The notes: a model not told the origin generated them from the letters alone. A DNA stretch of 64,000 bases from Patescibacteria group bacterium (GCA_041661405.1 JBAZUL010000004.1:15309-79308), one strand, 5' to 3'. Shown: positions 16,870 to 26,615, counted from the stretch's first letter. Numbers and translations are program-made.

Positions 16870-17868
16870 ATGGAATATAATCACATACCGGTAATGCTCA
16901 ACGAGGCTTTGGAATATCTAAACCCGAAGCCCGGCGGTTACTATATTGACTGCACTTTGGGAGGAGGAGGATATACCCGGGCGATAGCTGAACGAATCGG
17001 TGAAGCGGGAAAAGTATTAGCCATTGATGCCGATGAGCTGGCGATAGAAAATTCAAAGTTAAAAGTTCAAAGTTTAAAGTTAGAGAATATTATTTTATCC
17101 CATGCGAATTTCAGGAATTTATCAACAATTATCAAGGAAAATTTCCCTGAGCCAGGCGTTAAGTTTGACGGCGTTGTATTTGATCTTGGTCTATCAAGCG
17201 CTCAGCTCTCGCGTGAAACCGGAGGTTTTTCTTTTAAAATGGCTGAAGCTGGATTAGACATGGCTTTTGGAATGCCGAATGGCGGATGCCGAATGGCGGA
17301 TGATGGAAGCCGGAGGCCGGAAAACGGTTGCCGAAGCACGGAAGAAATTGTTAATTCGTGGCCGAAAGATGATCTGGCTGGGATATTTATGGAATTCGGC
17401 GAAGAAAGGTTTGCCTGGCGGATTGCCGAAAAGATTGCCGAAAAAAGGAAAAAGAAAAAAATAAAAACCGTCGGTGAGCTGGTTGAGATAATAAACATGG
17501 CGGTGCCGGCCTTTTACAAGAGAGGAAAAATTCATCCGGCGACGAAAGTTTTTCAGGCGTTAAGAATTGCCACTAATGACGAACTCGGGGCTTTAAGCGA
17601 AGTCCTGCCGCGGGCGGCGGATTCCTTAAAAGAAGGAGGCAGGCTGGTTATTGTTTCTTACCACAGTCTTGAGGACCGGATAGTAAAAAAGTTTTTTAAA
17701 GATAACTCGCTGAAAAACGTAAAACAATCAAAATACGGCGAAAAAGAGGATAGCAGAAAAGCCGATTTAAAAATTTTAACGAAAAAAGTCATTATCCCCT
17801 CCTACGAAGAAATAAAAAATAATCCGCGGTCGCGAAGCGCGAAGCTAAGAGCGGCGGAGAAATTATAA
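16870..17868 (+). CDS. rsmH: 16S rRNA (cytosine1402-N4)-methyltransferase RsmH, with low-complexity inserts
   Basis: HIPVMLNEALEYL, DCTLGGGGYT, FDLGLSSAQL, VSYHSLEDRIVK and NPRSRSAKLR motifs are all present. Confidence 0.9.
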   Translation: MEYNHIPVMLNEALEYLNPKPGGYYIDCTLGGGGYTRAIAERIGEAGKVLAIDADELAIENSKLKVQSLKLENIILSHANFRNLSTIIKENFPEPGVKFDGVVFDLGLSSAQLSRETGGFSFKMAEAGLDMAFGMPNGGCRMADDGSRRPENGCRSTEEIVNSWPKDDLAGIFMEFGEERFAWRIAEKIAEKRKKKKIKTVGELVEIINMAVPAFYKRGKIHPATKVFQALRIATNDELGALSEVLPRAADSLKEGGRLVIVSYHSLEDRIVKKFFKDNSLKNVKQSKYGEKEDSRKADLKILTKKVIIPSYEEIKNNPRSRSAKLRAAEKL

Positions 17869-17955
17869 TTTTCAATGATTTAATAATCTTCATGCAGAAA
17901 TTAATTCATTAAAGATTGGAAGTTGTTTAAAAATTAAAAATTTGAAATTATTGTT

Positions 17956-18285
17956 ATGTCCTCATTCAAAGAAAAAAAAGACCTGCTCATAAAAATGAAA
18001 GAAGGTTTGAGCCTGAGAATTATAAACCGGATTATTTTTTCCATTATTTTTATGGCTTTCGGCGTGTTTCTTTTTGGCGCGAATTCGCTTTCAGTCAAAG
18101 GTTTTGAGCTCGGGGAAATAAACAAGAAAATTAATGACCTTAACGCCGAGAACACTGAGCTGGAATTAAAGATCATGAAGCTTCAATCGTATTCAAAAAT
18201 TAATGAGGAAGTAAAAAAACTGGGATTAGTTAAAGCTGATGCGATTGATTACATTACCCCGTCAATGGGAGTGGCGAAAAGATAG
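17956..18285 (+). CDS. FtsL-like small bitopic cell-division protein
   Basis: It sits between rsmH and ftsI. It has a single TM segment followed by a coiled coil (ELGEINKKINDLNAENTELELKIMKLQ). Confidence 0.55.
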   Translation: MSSFKEKKDLLIKMKEGLSLRIINRIIFSIIFMAFGVFLFGANSLSVKGFELGEINKKINDLNAENTELELKIMKLQSYSKINEEVKKLGLVKADAIDYITPSMGVAKR

Positions 18286-18327
18286 TTGCTTGTCGTGCTA
18301 ACATAAAAGCTAAAACAAAATGAGAAC

Positions 18328-20391
18328 ATGAAACCCTGGAAGAAAAATAAAAATTCACGAATGAACCGGCCGGGTAAGAGCGGAAGGGCGGAAAAAAATA
18401 ATCGCGCGAATTTTCTTCTGGCGATTATTTTTTTATTGGCCGCCGGCCTTTTGTACAAGCTTTTTTATCTTCAGGTAATAAGGAAAGATTATTATTCGGC
18501 GCTGGCGGCCGGCCAACATGAAGTTTTCCGCGAACTGGAACCCGACCGGGGAAGGATTTTTATTGAAGATACCGGAGAAAACGACGGCAAAGAACTCTAT
18601 CCGGTCGCGACTAATAAGGAATTCGCCCTTTTTTACGCCAAACCGGCGGAAATACCGTCCAACAAAACGGAAGACGACGCCAGAATAATATATGATTATT
18701 TTGACCGGGCTAAAAATGAAAAAGAGACTGACAAAGAAATAGAAAGGCTCAGGAAGGAATTTTTCCTGCTTCATGAGAAAGAAACCGAAGACAAGGCGGC
18801 GCTTGACGAAAAAATAAGGATGAATGAAGATTTTTTAAGAATCAAGCGGGATCTTCTGCTTGAAGAGCGCGAGCAGGCGGGAATCGCCGGTTACGTGAAA
18901 ATCCTCGGGAAAGAAAATGACCCCTATGAACCGATTAAAACCAAGGTGGACGAAGAGGATTTAAAAAATATTTATCTCGCTTTGGCAAAAAGCGAAGGGC
19001 TCGCGATCGGGCGGGATGGAATCAAAATAAAAGGCAATAAAATCTATTTCGCCGGCGACAGCAAGGAGCTGGAATTTGCGTTGCCGGGATTCGGCCACGC
19101 CATGGAAACTTTCCGCTATTACCCTGAAGGAAATATGGGCGCGAATATTCTCGGTTTTGTCGGTTATGAGGGAGAAAAAAAGGAAGGCCGCTACGGCCTG
19201 GAAGAATATTTTAACGAAGAGCTGGCCGGAAAGCCTGGGTCGCTAAAGACCGAGAGGGACGCGACCGGCGACTTAATTATCATCAATGACCGGCAGTTTA
19301 CCCGTCCGGAACCGGGCGCGGACATGGTTTTAACTATTGACCGCAATATCCAGTTCGCCGCTTGCCAGAAATTGAACGCCGCCGTTTCCCGCCACGGCGC
19401 CGACGGAGGCTCGGTGATAATCTTAGAGCCGGAAAGCGGGCGAGTAATCGCCATGTGTTCCTCGCCGGATTTTGATCCGAATAATTACAAGGAAATTAGC
19501 AACATAAAATATTACAACAATTCGGGTATTTTCGGCCTTTACGAGCCGGGATCAATTTTTAAAGTAATTACCATGGCCGCCGGCCTGGACCAGGAAAAAA
19601 TAACTCCAGAAACGACTTATACCGATTCGGGAGTGGTAAAAATCGCCAACTATGAGATAAAAAATTCGGATTTAAAGGCCCATGGGGAATGCACCATGAA
19701 TAAAGTACTTGAACAATCCCTGAATACCGGCGTAATATATGTTATGAGGAAAACCGGGCCGGAGGTTTTCGCGGATTACGTTAGAAATTTTGGTTTTGGC
19801 GAGCGGACCGGCATTGAACTATCGGCTGAAGGAAAAGGCGATATTGGCAATCTGTCCTTAAAGGAAAATGAAGAGCTTTACGCGGCGACGGCCTCTTTCG
19901 GCCAGGGCATTAGCGCTACGCCCCTTCAAATGGTAACGGCCTACGCCGCTATTGCCAACGGCGGCATATTAATGAAGCCTTATATAGTAAAGGAAATAAT
20001 CCGGCCGAACGGGGAAAAAATAACGGCTGGCGCGAAAGAGATCCGCCGGGTCATTTCCGAACGGGCGGCGGCCCTTCTCGGGGGGATGATGGTGAATGTC
20101 GTGGAAAACGGACATGGGAAAATGGCCGGAGTCAAAGGCTACTTTGTAGCCGGAAAAACCGGAACCGCCCAGGTTCCCCGAAGCGACGGGCGGGGATATG
20201 AAACTAATTCGCATGTCGGCTCTTTCGCCGGATTCGCCCCGGCTGATGAACCGAAGTTCGTCATGATCGTGAAAATTGATCATCCCCGCGACGTGGAATG
20301 GGCGGAGTCGTCGGCCGCGCCGCTGTTTGGGGAAATCGCCGATTATGTTTTGCATTATTATAAAGTGCCGGCGGAGAGGGAAGTGAAGTGA
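18328..20391 (+). CDS. ftsI: Penicillin-binding protein 2 / FtsI-type transpeptidase
   Basis: N-terminal TM segment, SxxK (GSIFKV), KTGTA (GKTGTAQV) and dcw-cluster context. Confidence 0.85.
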   Translation: MKPWKKNKNSRMNRPGKSGRAEKNNRANFLLAIIFLLAAGLLYKLFYLQVIRKDYYSALAAGQHEVFRELEPDRGRIFIEDTGENDGKELYPVATNKEFALFYAKPAEIPSNKTEDDARIIYDYFDRAKNEKETDKEIERLRKEFFLLHEKETEDKAALDEKIRMNEDFLRIKRDLLLEEREQAGIAGYVKILGKENDPYEPIKTKVDEEDLKNIYLALAKSEGLAIGRDGIKIKGNKIYFAGDSKELEFALPGFGHAMETFRYYPEGNMGANILGFVGYEGEKKEGRYGLEEYFNEELAGKPGSLKTERDATGDLIIINDRQFTRPEPGADMVLTIDRNIQFAACQKLNAAVSRHGADGGSVIILEPESGRVIAMCSSPDFDPNNYKEISNIKYYNNSGIFGLYEPGSIFKVITMAAGLDQEKITPETTYTDSGVVKIANYEIKNSDLKAHGECTMNKVLEQSLNTGVIYVMRKTGPEVFADYVRNFGFGERTGIELSAEGKGDIGNLSLKENEELYAATASFGQGISATPLQMVTAYAAIANGGILMKPYIVKEIIRPNGEKITAGAKEIRRVISERAAALLGGMMVNVVENGHGKMAGVKGYFVAGKTGTAQVPRSDGRGYETNSHVGSFAGFAPADEPKFVMIVKIDHPRDVEWAESSAAPLFGEIADYVLHYYKVPAEREVK

Positions 20392-20402
20392 TAAAAAGAT
20401 AA

Positions 20403-21695
20403 ATGCAGCATTTTATGAAATTAATTATTCAATACATATTAAAAATCATTGCCAGACGGATATATCGGAAATATAATCCCGAGGTAATTGGCATTACCGG
20501 AAGCGTAGGGAAAACGAGCGCTCGAGAAGCGGTTTACGCGATCCTGAAAGGAAAATATGACGTCCGGCGAAGCAGGAAAAATTACAACAACGAAATCGGC
20601 CTGCCCCTAACCTTGATCGGAGAAGAGGCAAGGGGCAAGGATTTATTCGGCTGGATAGAAGTATTTTTAAAAGGCCTTAGGCTCATTTTTAAACATGACC
20701 CGAACTATCCGAAGATTCTTATTCTGGAAATGGGCGCCGACAAGCCGGGCGACATCGCGTATCTTTTGGGGATTGTTGACTGCAAGATCGGGATCATCAC
20801 CAGGATCGGTGAAGCGCATCTCGCGGCTTTTAAAACGGTTGAAAAGATTAAAAAAGAAAAAGCCCTGCTGATAAAAGGTCTTTCCGAATCCGGCTGGGCG
20901 ATCATGAATTTTGACGACGAGCGGATAAGAGAGACGGCAAAAGATTTAAAAATAAACTATATTTCTTACGGCTTGGAACATGGCGGAACAAAAGCCGATC
21001 TTGAAGCGTCGGATGCCGGGATCGTTAAGATGGATGGCGGCTGGGGCATGAGCTTTAAGATGCGCTATAAAGGCGCGGCGGTTCCGGTAACGCTTCCCGG
21101 AGCAATAAGCCTGTCTTCGGTTTACGCCAGCCTCGCCGGAGCGGCAGTCGGGATTATTTACGGAATGAACCTGATTGAAATTTCTGGCGCCCTAAAATTA
21201 TTTAAAAACCAGAGAGGCAGGCTGAATTTTATTGCCGGAGTCAAAGGGACTTTAATTATTGATGACACTTACAATTCATCGCCGCAGGCTTGCCTTATCG
21301 CGCTGGATGTACTAAAAAGTCTTGAGCAGGAGAGCGGGAAAAAGTGGGCGGTTTTCGGCGACATGCTTGAGCTCGGGAGCTATACTTCGGCCGGACACAG
21401 GGAGGTAGGCGCGCGAGCGGCGGAGATCGGAATTGACTATCTTGTAACGGTCGGCGAAAGGGCGCGGGATATCGCCCGCGGCGCTAAAGAGGGGGGTATG
21501 GACGAAGGCCGGATTTATTATTTTGACGAAAACCCGGTCGCGGGAAAATTCATTGAAGACCGGATAAAAAAAGGGGACATGATCCTAATCAAAGGCTCGC
21601 AGGGCGCAAGGATGGAAAAGGTGGTTAAGGAAATTATGGCCGAACCGCTCCGGGCGGGAGAACTGCTCGTCAGACAGGGAGAGGAGTGGGAATAA
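20403..21695 (+). CDS. murF: UDP-MurNAc-tripeptide--D-alanyl-D-alanine ligase MurF
   Basis: GITGSVGKTS P-loop, Mur ligase middle and C-terminal regions (DDTYNSSP), and dcw context. Confidence 0.85.
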   Translation: MQHFMKLIIQYILKIIARRIYRKYNPEVIGITGSVGKTSAREAVYAILKGKYDVRRSRKNYNNEIGLPLTLIGEEARGKDLFGWIEVFLKGLRLIFKHDPNYPKILILEMGADKPGDIAYLLGIVDCKIGIITRIGEAHLAAFKTVEKIKKEKALLIKGLSESGWAIMNFDDERIRETAKDLKINYISYGLEHGGTKADLEASDAGIVKMDGGWGMSFKMRYKGAAVPVTLPGAISLSSVYASLAGAAVGIIYGMNLIEISGALKLFKNQRGRLNFIAGVKGTLIIDDTYNSSPQACLIALDVLKSLEQESGKKWAVFGDMLELGSYTSAGHREVGARAAEIGIDYLVTVGERARDIARGAKEGGMDEGRIYYFDENPVAGKFIEDRIKKGDMILIKGSQGARMEKVVKEIMAEPLRAGELLVRQGEEWE

Positions 21696-21718
21696 ACAAA
21701 TTGAACGAAAAATAAAAA

Positions 21719-21754
21719 ATCCCCGTCTCGCTCTCGGCGAGCCGAGGCGGAAAA
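21719..21754 (+). repeat. Intergenic copy of tsaB module-A palindromic core
   Basis: ATCCCCGTCTCGCTCTCGGCGAGCCGAGGCGGAAAA compared with 15761-15796 shows 2 substitutions and 1 indel. Its 3' end (GAGGCGG) supplies the SD for mnmA. Confidence 0.85.
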
Positions 21755-22927
21755 ATGGAGAATGACAGAGATAAAATGAAAAATAAAAAATCAAAAATTA
21801 TCGTCGCCATGTCGGGAGGAGTGGATTCATCGGTTTCCGCTCTTCTTTTAAAAAAGGCCGGTTTTAACGTGGAGGGGCTTTATATGAAACTGCCGGGCGC
21901 TGATTCGGGTTCGCTCCGGGCGGCCAAAGAAGTGGCGAAAAAACTGGGCATAAAATTCCATGCCATTAGCATGGAAAAAAAATTCAGGAGAGAAATCATC
22001 GGATATTTTCTTAAAAGCTATAAGCGCGGCATTACCCCAAACCCGTGCGTCCGATGCAACCAGCGGATTAAATTCGGCGAACTGTTAAAAACCGCGGAAA
22101 AATTGGGTGGTGATTATCTCGCGACCGGACACTATATTCAATTGGCAATTAATGAATCAAAAGTTCGGCTAAAGAAGCCGATTAAGCTGTTAAAAGCGAA
22201 AGATGTTTTAAAGGATCAAAGTTATTTTTTGTATACATTGACCCAGAAGAGACTGAACAGGGTTATGTTTCCTTTGGGCGGGATGTTAAAAGAAGACGTA
22301 AAAAAAATCGCTGAAAAAGCCGGCTTGCCGAATATAAAAAAAGAAAGCCAGGATATTTGTTTTTTACATTGCGACGGCAAGGCGGTCCAGCATAACGAGT
22401 TTTTAAGAAAAAACCTGAAACTAAAACCCGGGTCAATCATGCTTTTGGAAAAGGAGATTAACGAAAAAACAGGAGAACGGAAATCTGTCCGGCTCACGTC
22501 CGGTAAAAATCCTGTGGAGCATCAGGGTCTGCCGCTCTATACTATCGGTCAGCGCCGGGAAATAAGAATCGGCGGAACCGGGCCTTACTACGCCGCCCGG
22601 TTTGACGTAAAGAAAAATATTTTATACGTTGTGAAAAATTTTGACGACCCGGTTTTGTACCAAGATGGATTAAATGCCAAAGGCGTAAGCTGGGTCGCCG
22701 GCATCGCGCCGAAAATGCCGCTTAAATGCGAAGCTGTAATCCGCTACCGCCACGCGCCTATAAAATGCGAAGTTGTGAAAAAAGGCAGCTCATACATGGT
22801 AAAATTTAAAAAACCCCAGCGCGCCGTAACTCCCGGACAAAGCGTAGTGTTTTACCAAGGTCGGGAGGTTTTGGGCGGGGGCGAGATAACCTTGTCAAAA
22901 CAGAAAATCTTCGCTACAATTAAGTAA
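21755..22927 (+). CDS. mnmA: tRNA 2-thiouridine(34) synthase MnmA
   Basis: IVAMSGGVDSSVSA PP-loop, NPCVRCN, KDQSYFL and YTIGQR motifs. An alternative start lies at 21776. Confidence 0.9.
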   Translation: MENDRDKMKNKKSKIIVAMSGGVDSSVSALLLKKAGFNVEGLYMKLPGADSGSLRAAKEVAKKLGIKFHAISMEKKFRREIIGYFLKSYKRGITPNPCVRCNQRIKFGELLKTAEKLGGDYLATGHYIQLAINESKVRLKKPIKLLKAKDVLKDQSYFLYTLTQKRLNRVMFPLGGMLKEDVKKIAEKAGLPNIKKESQDICFLHCDGKAVQHNEFLRKNLKLKPGSIMLLEKEINEKTGERKSVRLTSGKNPVEHQGLPLYTIGQRREIRIGGTGPYYAARFDVKKNILYVVKNFDDPVLYQDGLNAKGVSWVAGIAPKMPLKCEAVIRYRHAPIKCEVVKKGSSYMVKFKKPQRAVTPGQSVVFYQGREVLGGGEITLSKQKIFATIK

Positions 22928-22952
22928 ATTTAAAACAAAATAATTACTTAAT

Positions 22953-24851
22953 ATGACCTCAAAAGAAATACGCCAAAAATACCTGGATTTTTTTAAAGCC
23001 CGGGAGCATGCCATAATTCCTTCGGCTTCCATTATGCCGGATAATGATCCGACAACGCTTTTCACGAGCTCGGGCATGCAGCCTCTTGTGCCATACCTTC
23101 TCGGCGAAAAGCACCCGGAAGGCAAAAGGCTCGCCAACTCGCAAAAATCATTCCGGGCCGAAGATATTGAAGAGGTCGGCGACAACCGGCATACGACTTT
23201 TTTTGAAATGCTCGGCAACTGGTCTTTGGGCGACTATTTTAAAAAAGAGCAGTTAAGATGGTATTTTACTTTTATTACGGAGGAACTCGGGATTGACCCT
23301 AGCCGCCTTTACTCAACCGTATTCCGCGGCAATAAGGAAATCGGCATTGATAAGGACAGCGAAGCGGTCGGAATCTGGAAAGAACTTTTTAAAGAAAAAG
23401 GCATTGACGCTAAAGACGTTGATTTTGCCGAGCGGGACGGGATGCGAGCGGGGAGGATTTTTTATTATGACGAGCGGAAAAACTGGTGGTCAAGATCGGG
23501 AATCCCGGCCAACATGCCGGTCGGCGAACCGGGCGGGCCGGACTCAGAACTGTTTTACGACCTTGGCGCGGATTTAGGCCGCCACGAAAATTCCCAATGG
23601 AAAGATGAACCTTGCCACGTAAATTGCGATTGCGGCCGGTTTATTGAAATCGGCAACAGCGTGTTTATGGAATTCAAAAGGACTGAGAACGGCTTTGAAA
23701 AACTCGCCCAGCAGAACGTTGATTTCGGCGGCGGGCTGGAGCGGACGACCATGGTTGTCCAGAATCTTGACAATATTTTTGAAACTGACCTTTTTAGTAA
23801 TATCCTTAATAAAATCAGCGAGCTCTCAGGCGGAAAAAAATATCGGGAGCATATGAAAGAATTTGAAGTGATTGCCGAGCATCTGCGAGCCGCTACCTTT
23901 ATTATCGGCGACGACAAAGGCGTTGGCCCGGGGAATACCGGCCAGGGTTATATCGTTAGGAGGCTTATAAGAAGAGCGATTCGCTACGGCCGGCTCTTAG
24001 GCATTAGCGAAGAATCATGGACCAAAGAAATCGCCAAGATTGTCGCCCATGATTATGGCGAAGCTTACCCGGAACTCCGACGGAACATTGATTTTGTTAT
24101 TGGCCAGTTAAAGGAAGAAGAAGATAAGTTTAGCAGGACCCTTGAGAAAGGATTAAAAATTTTTGAAGAAAGATTTAGAGAAATAGGGGAATATGAAACC
24201 CCTCCGGCAAATAACATGATTAGCGGTGAAGAGGCGTTTAATTTGTATCAGACTTATGGCTTTCCGATTGAGATGACCCGGGAGCTGGCGGCGGAACACG
24301 GCCTGAAAATTGACGAGCAAGGCTATAAGAAGGAAGCGGAAAAACACCAGGCTCTTTCCCGCACCGCTTCAGCCGGAATGTTTAAAGGCGGTTTGGCTGA
24401 CGCAAGCGAGGAAACAAAAAAACTCCATACAGCAGCTCATCTCCTTCTCGCGGCCCTGCGAAAAGTCTTAGGCGATCATGTTACGCAAAAGGGCAGTAAT
24501 ATAACGAGCGAAAGGATGCGCTTTGATTTTTCCCATCCGGAAAAGATGACTAAAGAGCAAATTAACGAAGTGGAAAAATTAGTAAACAGCGCTATTGAAA
24601 AAAAGCTTCCGGTGGCTTCTGAAGAAATTCCTCTTGAAGATGCAAAGAAAAAAGGCGCCATGGGTGTTTTTGAATCAAAGTACGGGGAAAAGGTAAAAGT
24701 TTACAAGGTTGGCGAAGGAAATAACGTTTTTTCTTATGAAATCTGCGGCGGTCCGCACGCGGAAAATACCGGCGAACTCGGGCATTTTAAGATAACCAAA
24801 GAAGAAAGCTCCAGCTCCGGTGTTCGGAGAATTAAAGCGGTTTTGGAGTAA
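22953..24851 (+). CDS. alaS: Alanine--tRNA ligase, short form ending after the editing domain
   Basis: MTSKEIRQKYLDFFKAREH...DPTTLFTSSGMQ, then HTAAHLL and CGGPH editing-domain motifs. At 632 aa there is no C-Ala/DHHA1-like tail. Confidence 0.9.
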   Translation: MTSKEIRQKYLDFFKAREHAIIPSASIMPDNDPTTLFTSSGMQPLVPYLLGEKHPEGKRLANSQKSFRAEDIEEVGDNRHTTFFEMLGNWSLGDYFKKEQLRWYFTFITEELGIDPSRLYSTVFRGNKEIGIDKDSEAVGIWKELFKEKGIDAKDVDFAERDGMRAGRIFYYDERKNWWSRSGIPANMPVGEPGGPDSELFYDLGADLGRHENSQWKDEPCHVNCDCGRFIEIGNSVFMEFKRTENGFEKLAQQNVDFGGGLERTTMVVQNLDNIFETDLFSNILNKISELSGGKKYREHMKEFEVIAEHLRAATFIIGDDKGVGPGNTGQGYIVRRLIRRAIRYGRLLGISEESWTKEIAKIVAHDYGEAYPELRRNIDFVIGQLKEEEDKFSRTLEKGLKIFEERFREIGEYETPPANNMISGEEAFNLYQTYGFPIEMTRELAAEHGLKIDEQGYKKEAEKHQALSRTASAGMFKGGLADASEETKKLHTAAHLLLAALRKVLGDHVTQKGSNITSERMRFDFSHPEKMTKEQINEVEKLVNSAIEKKLPVASEEIPLEDAKKKGAMGVFESKYGEKVKVYKVGEGNNVFSYEICGGPHAENTGELGHFKITKEESSSSGVRRIKAVLE

Positions 24852-24864
24852 TAGAGGAAAGGTG

Positions 24865-24893
24865 TTGACAGGTTCTAAGTTTTTCTATATAAT
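24865..24893 (+). promoter_or_regulatory. Consensus sigma70-type promoter upstream of infA operon
   Basis: TTGACA (24865-24870), 17-nt spacer, TATAAT (24888-24893). Confidence 0.65.
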
Positions 24894-24931
24894 TATCGTG
24901 CAATCAAAAAACGTAATTTAAACTGAATTTT

Positions 24932-24964
24932 GTCCCGAGCTCTCGGGACTGAGTTTTTGCGTTT
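24932..24964 (+). terminator. Terminator-like hairpin plus U-run, located between the promoter and infA
   Basis: GTCCCGAG CT CTCGGGAC (24932-24949), followed by TGAGTTTTTGCGTTT. Confidence 0.6.
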
Positions 24965-24975
24965 CCCCAGCATTA

Positions 24976-25212
24976 ATGTCTGACGAAAACAAACCATTGG
25001 ATTCAAAGGAATTTATAGAGATGAGAGGTGAAGTGGTCGAGGCCATGCCTTCGGCCACTTTTAAAGTTATATTGGAAAACGGCCATGAAATAATGGCTTA
25101 CCTGTCCGGCAGGATGAGAATGCATAAAATCAGGCTTCTTCCTGGCGACCGGGTTAAGGTTCAGATCAGTCCTTATGACCTTACCAAAGGAAGAATCACT
25201 TACCGGCTCTGA
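24976..25212 (+). CDS. infA: Translation initiation factor IF-1
   Basis: 78 aa with an S1-like fold sequence ([47 protein letters not shown]). Confidence 0.95.
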   Translation: MSDENKPLDSKEFIEMRGEVVEAMPSATFKVILENGHEIMAYLSGRMRMHKIRLLPGDRVKVQISPYDLTKGRITYRL

Positions 25213-25306
25213 TGAGCATTAGATCGGAAATAGTTTTATAAAATTCATTAGTAAAACATTTAAAGAAATCCGTGACATTGTCTTGTTAAAAGCGGAATTA
25301 AAATAT

Positions 25307-25420
25307 ATGAAAGTGAGGTCTTCGGTAAAAATTGTATGCAAAGATTGCAAGATTGTCCGGCGCAAAGGCCGGCTTTGGGTAACCTGCAAAAATCCGAAGC
25401 ATAAGCAGAGGCAGGGATAG
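25307..25420 (+). CDS. rpmJ: Ribosomal protein L36 (absent from the ORF track)
   Basis: Manual translation gives [37 protein letters not shown] followed by TAG. It lies between infA and rpsM as in the canonical operon. Confidence 0.9.
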   Translation: MKVRSSVKIVCKDCKIVRRKGRLWVTCKNPKHKQRQG

Positions 25421-25506
25421 TGATTAGTTAATTAGGAAATTAGTTAATTAGTTAATTAGGAAATTTATCTATTCCCAAATTAACCGATTAACTAATCAAC
25501 CAATCC
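25421..25506 (+). repeat. TTAGTTAATTAGG word hairpin directly after the rpmJ stop
   Basis: GATTAGTTAATTAGGAAATTAGTTAATTAGTTAATTAGG opposes AATTAACCGATTAACTAATCAACC. Same word family as 28163 and 43991. Confidence 0.8.
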
Positions 25507-25899
25507 ATGGCATTAAGAATAGCGGGGGTTACGCTCCCTAACGAAAAAAGAATAGAAATCGCTTTGACCTATATTTTTGGCATTGGGAAAAAAAAATCCA
25601 ATGATATTTTAACGGCGGCCAAAGTAAATCCTGACACGAGGGTTAAAGATATAAACGAAGAAGACGCCAATCGGGTTCGTGAAATTGTTGAAAAGAATAA
25701 CAAGGTTGAAGGGGAGTTAAAACGGGACATCATAAGCAATATTAAAAGGCTTAAAGAAATAGGCAGTTACCGGGGTAGCCGCCATATCAAAGGACTGCCC
25801 TCAAGAGGGCAACACACCAAAACCAATACCCGGACCGTCCGCGGCAACATAAGAAAAACCATGGGATCGGGAAGAAAGCCGGCCGGACAAAAAACATAA
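25507..25899 (+). CDS. rpsM: Ribosomal protein S13
   Basis: [11 protein letters not shown]...[20 protein letters not shown]. Confidence 0.95.
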   Translation: MALRIAGVTLPNEKRIEIALTYIFGIGKKKSNDILTAAKVNPDTRVKDINEEDANRVREIVEKNNKVEGELKRDIISNIKRLKEIGSYRGSRHIKGLPSRGQHTKTNTRTVRGNIRKTMGSGRKPAGQKT

Positions 25900-26018
25900 A
25901 TCAATCTTCAATTTTTAAATCTTCAATCTGCAACTATTGAATTTGTGATTCACTTGACTGATTAAAAATACTGAATTTTAGATAATTGAAGATTGAAGAT
26001 TGAAAAATTGAATAAATT
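25900..26018 (+). repeat. TCTTCAAT / ATTGAAGA word hairpin directly after the rpsM stop
   Basis: It begins TAAATCAATCTTCAATTT, nearly the same as TAAATCAATCTACAATTT at 45287. The right arm is AATTGAAGATTGAAGATTGA. Confidence 0.8.
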
Positions 26019-26609
26019 ATGACTGAAGAAAAAAATATAAAAACCGAAGATAAAAACGCAGGAGAAGCGGCTGAAGAGTTAACTTCCGCGGTCGCTAATG
26101 ATTCCGCGCCTTTGTCTGATCCGGAAGAAGAAAAAGAAAGCCGCCGGCCCATGAGCGGCCTTGTTGAACTGCCTGACAGCGTGAAAGAGAAGCTGGAAAA
26201 AAGAAAAGAGAAGGGGCCGAGCCGGTCAAAGAAAAAGAAAGGCAAGAAAAAAGACCGGAGGGTTCCGGCGGGCAAAGCTTTTATCAAATCCAGCTATAAC
26301 AATACGATTGTAACTTTGACCGATTTGGGAGGTAATGTAATTTCCTGGGCTTCGGCTGGAATTGCCGGATTCAAGGGACCGAAAAAAGCCACCCCTTACG
26401 CCGCGCAGATTATTACCCGCATTGCCTGCACGAAAGCGAAAGAGGATTACGGTTTGAAAGAAGTGAGCGTGTTTGTCCGGGGAGTGGGCATCGGCCGCGA
26501 CGCCGCGGTTCGGGCTTTGAACGCCAACGGACTGTTAATAACTTCCATTAAGGATATTACGCCCATCCCGCATAACGGATGCAGGCCGAAGAAGCCAAGA
26601 AGAGTGTAA
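26019..26609 (+). CDS. rpsK: Ribosomal protein S11 with about 65-aa acidic/basic N-terminal extension
   Basis: The conserved core starts at [30 protein letters not shown]. An internal ATG at 26151 is an alternative start. Confidence 0.85.
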   Translation: MTEEKNIKTEDKNAGEAAEELTSAVANDSAPLSDPEEEKESRRPMSGLVELPDSVKEKLEKRKEKGPSRSKKKKGKKKDRRVPAGKAFIKSSYNNTIVTLTDLGGNVISWASAGIAGFKGPKKATPYAAQIITRIACTKAKEDYGLKEVSVFVRGVGIGRDAAVRALNANGLLITSIKDITPIPHNGCRPKKPRRV

Positions 26610-26615
26610 AAAATG

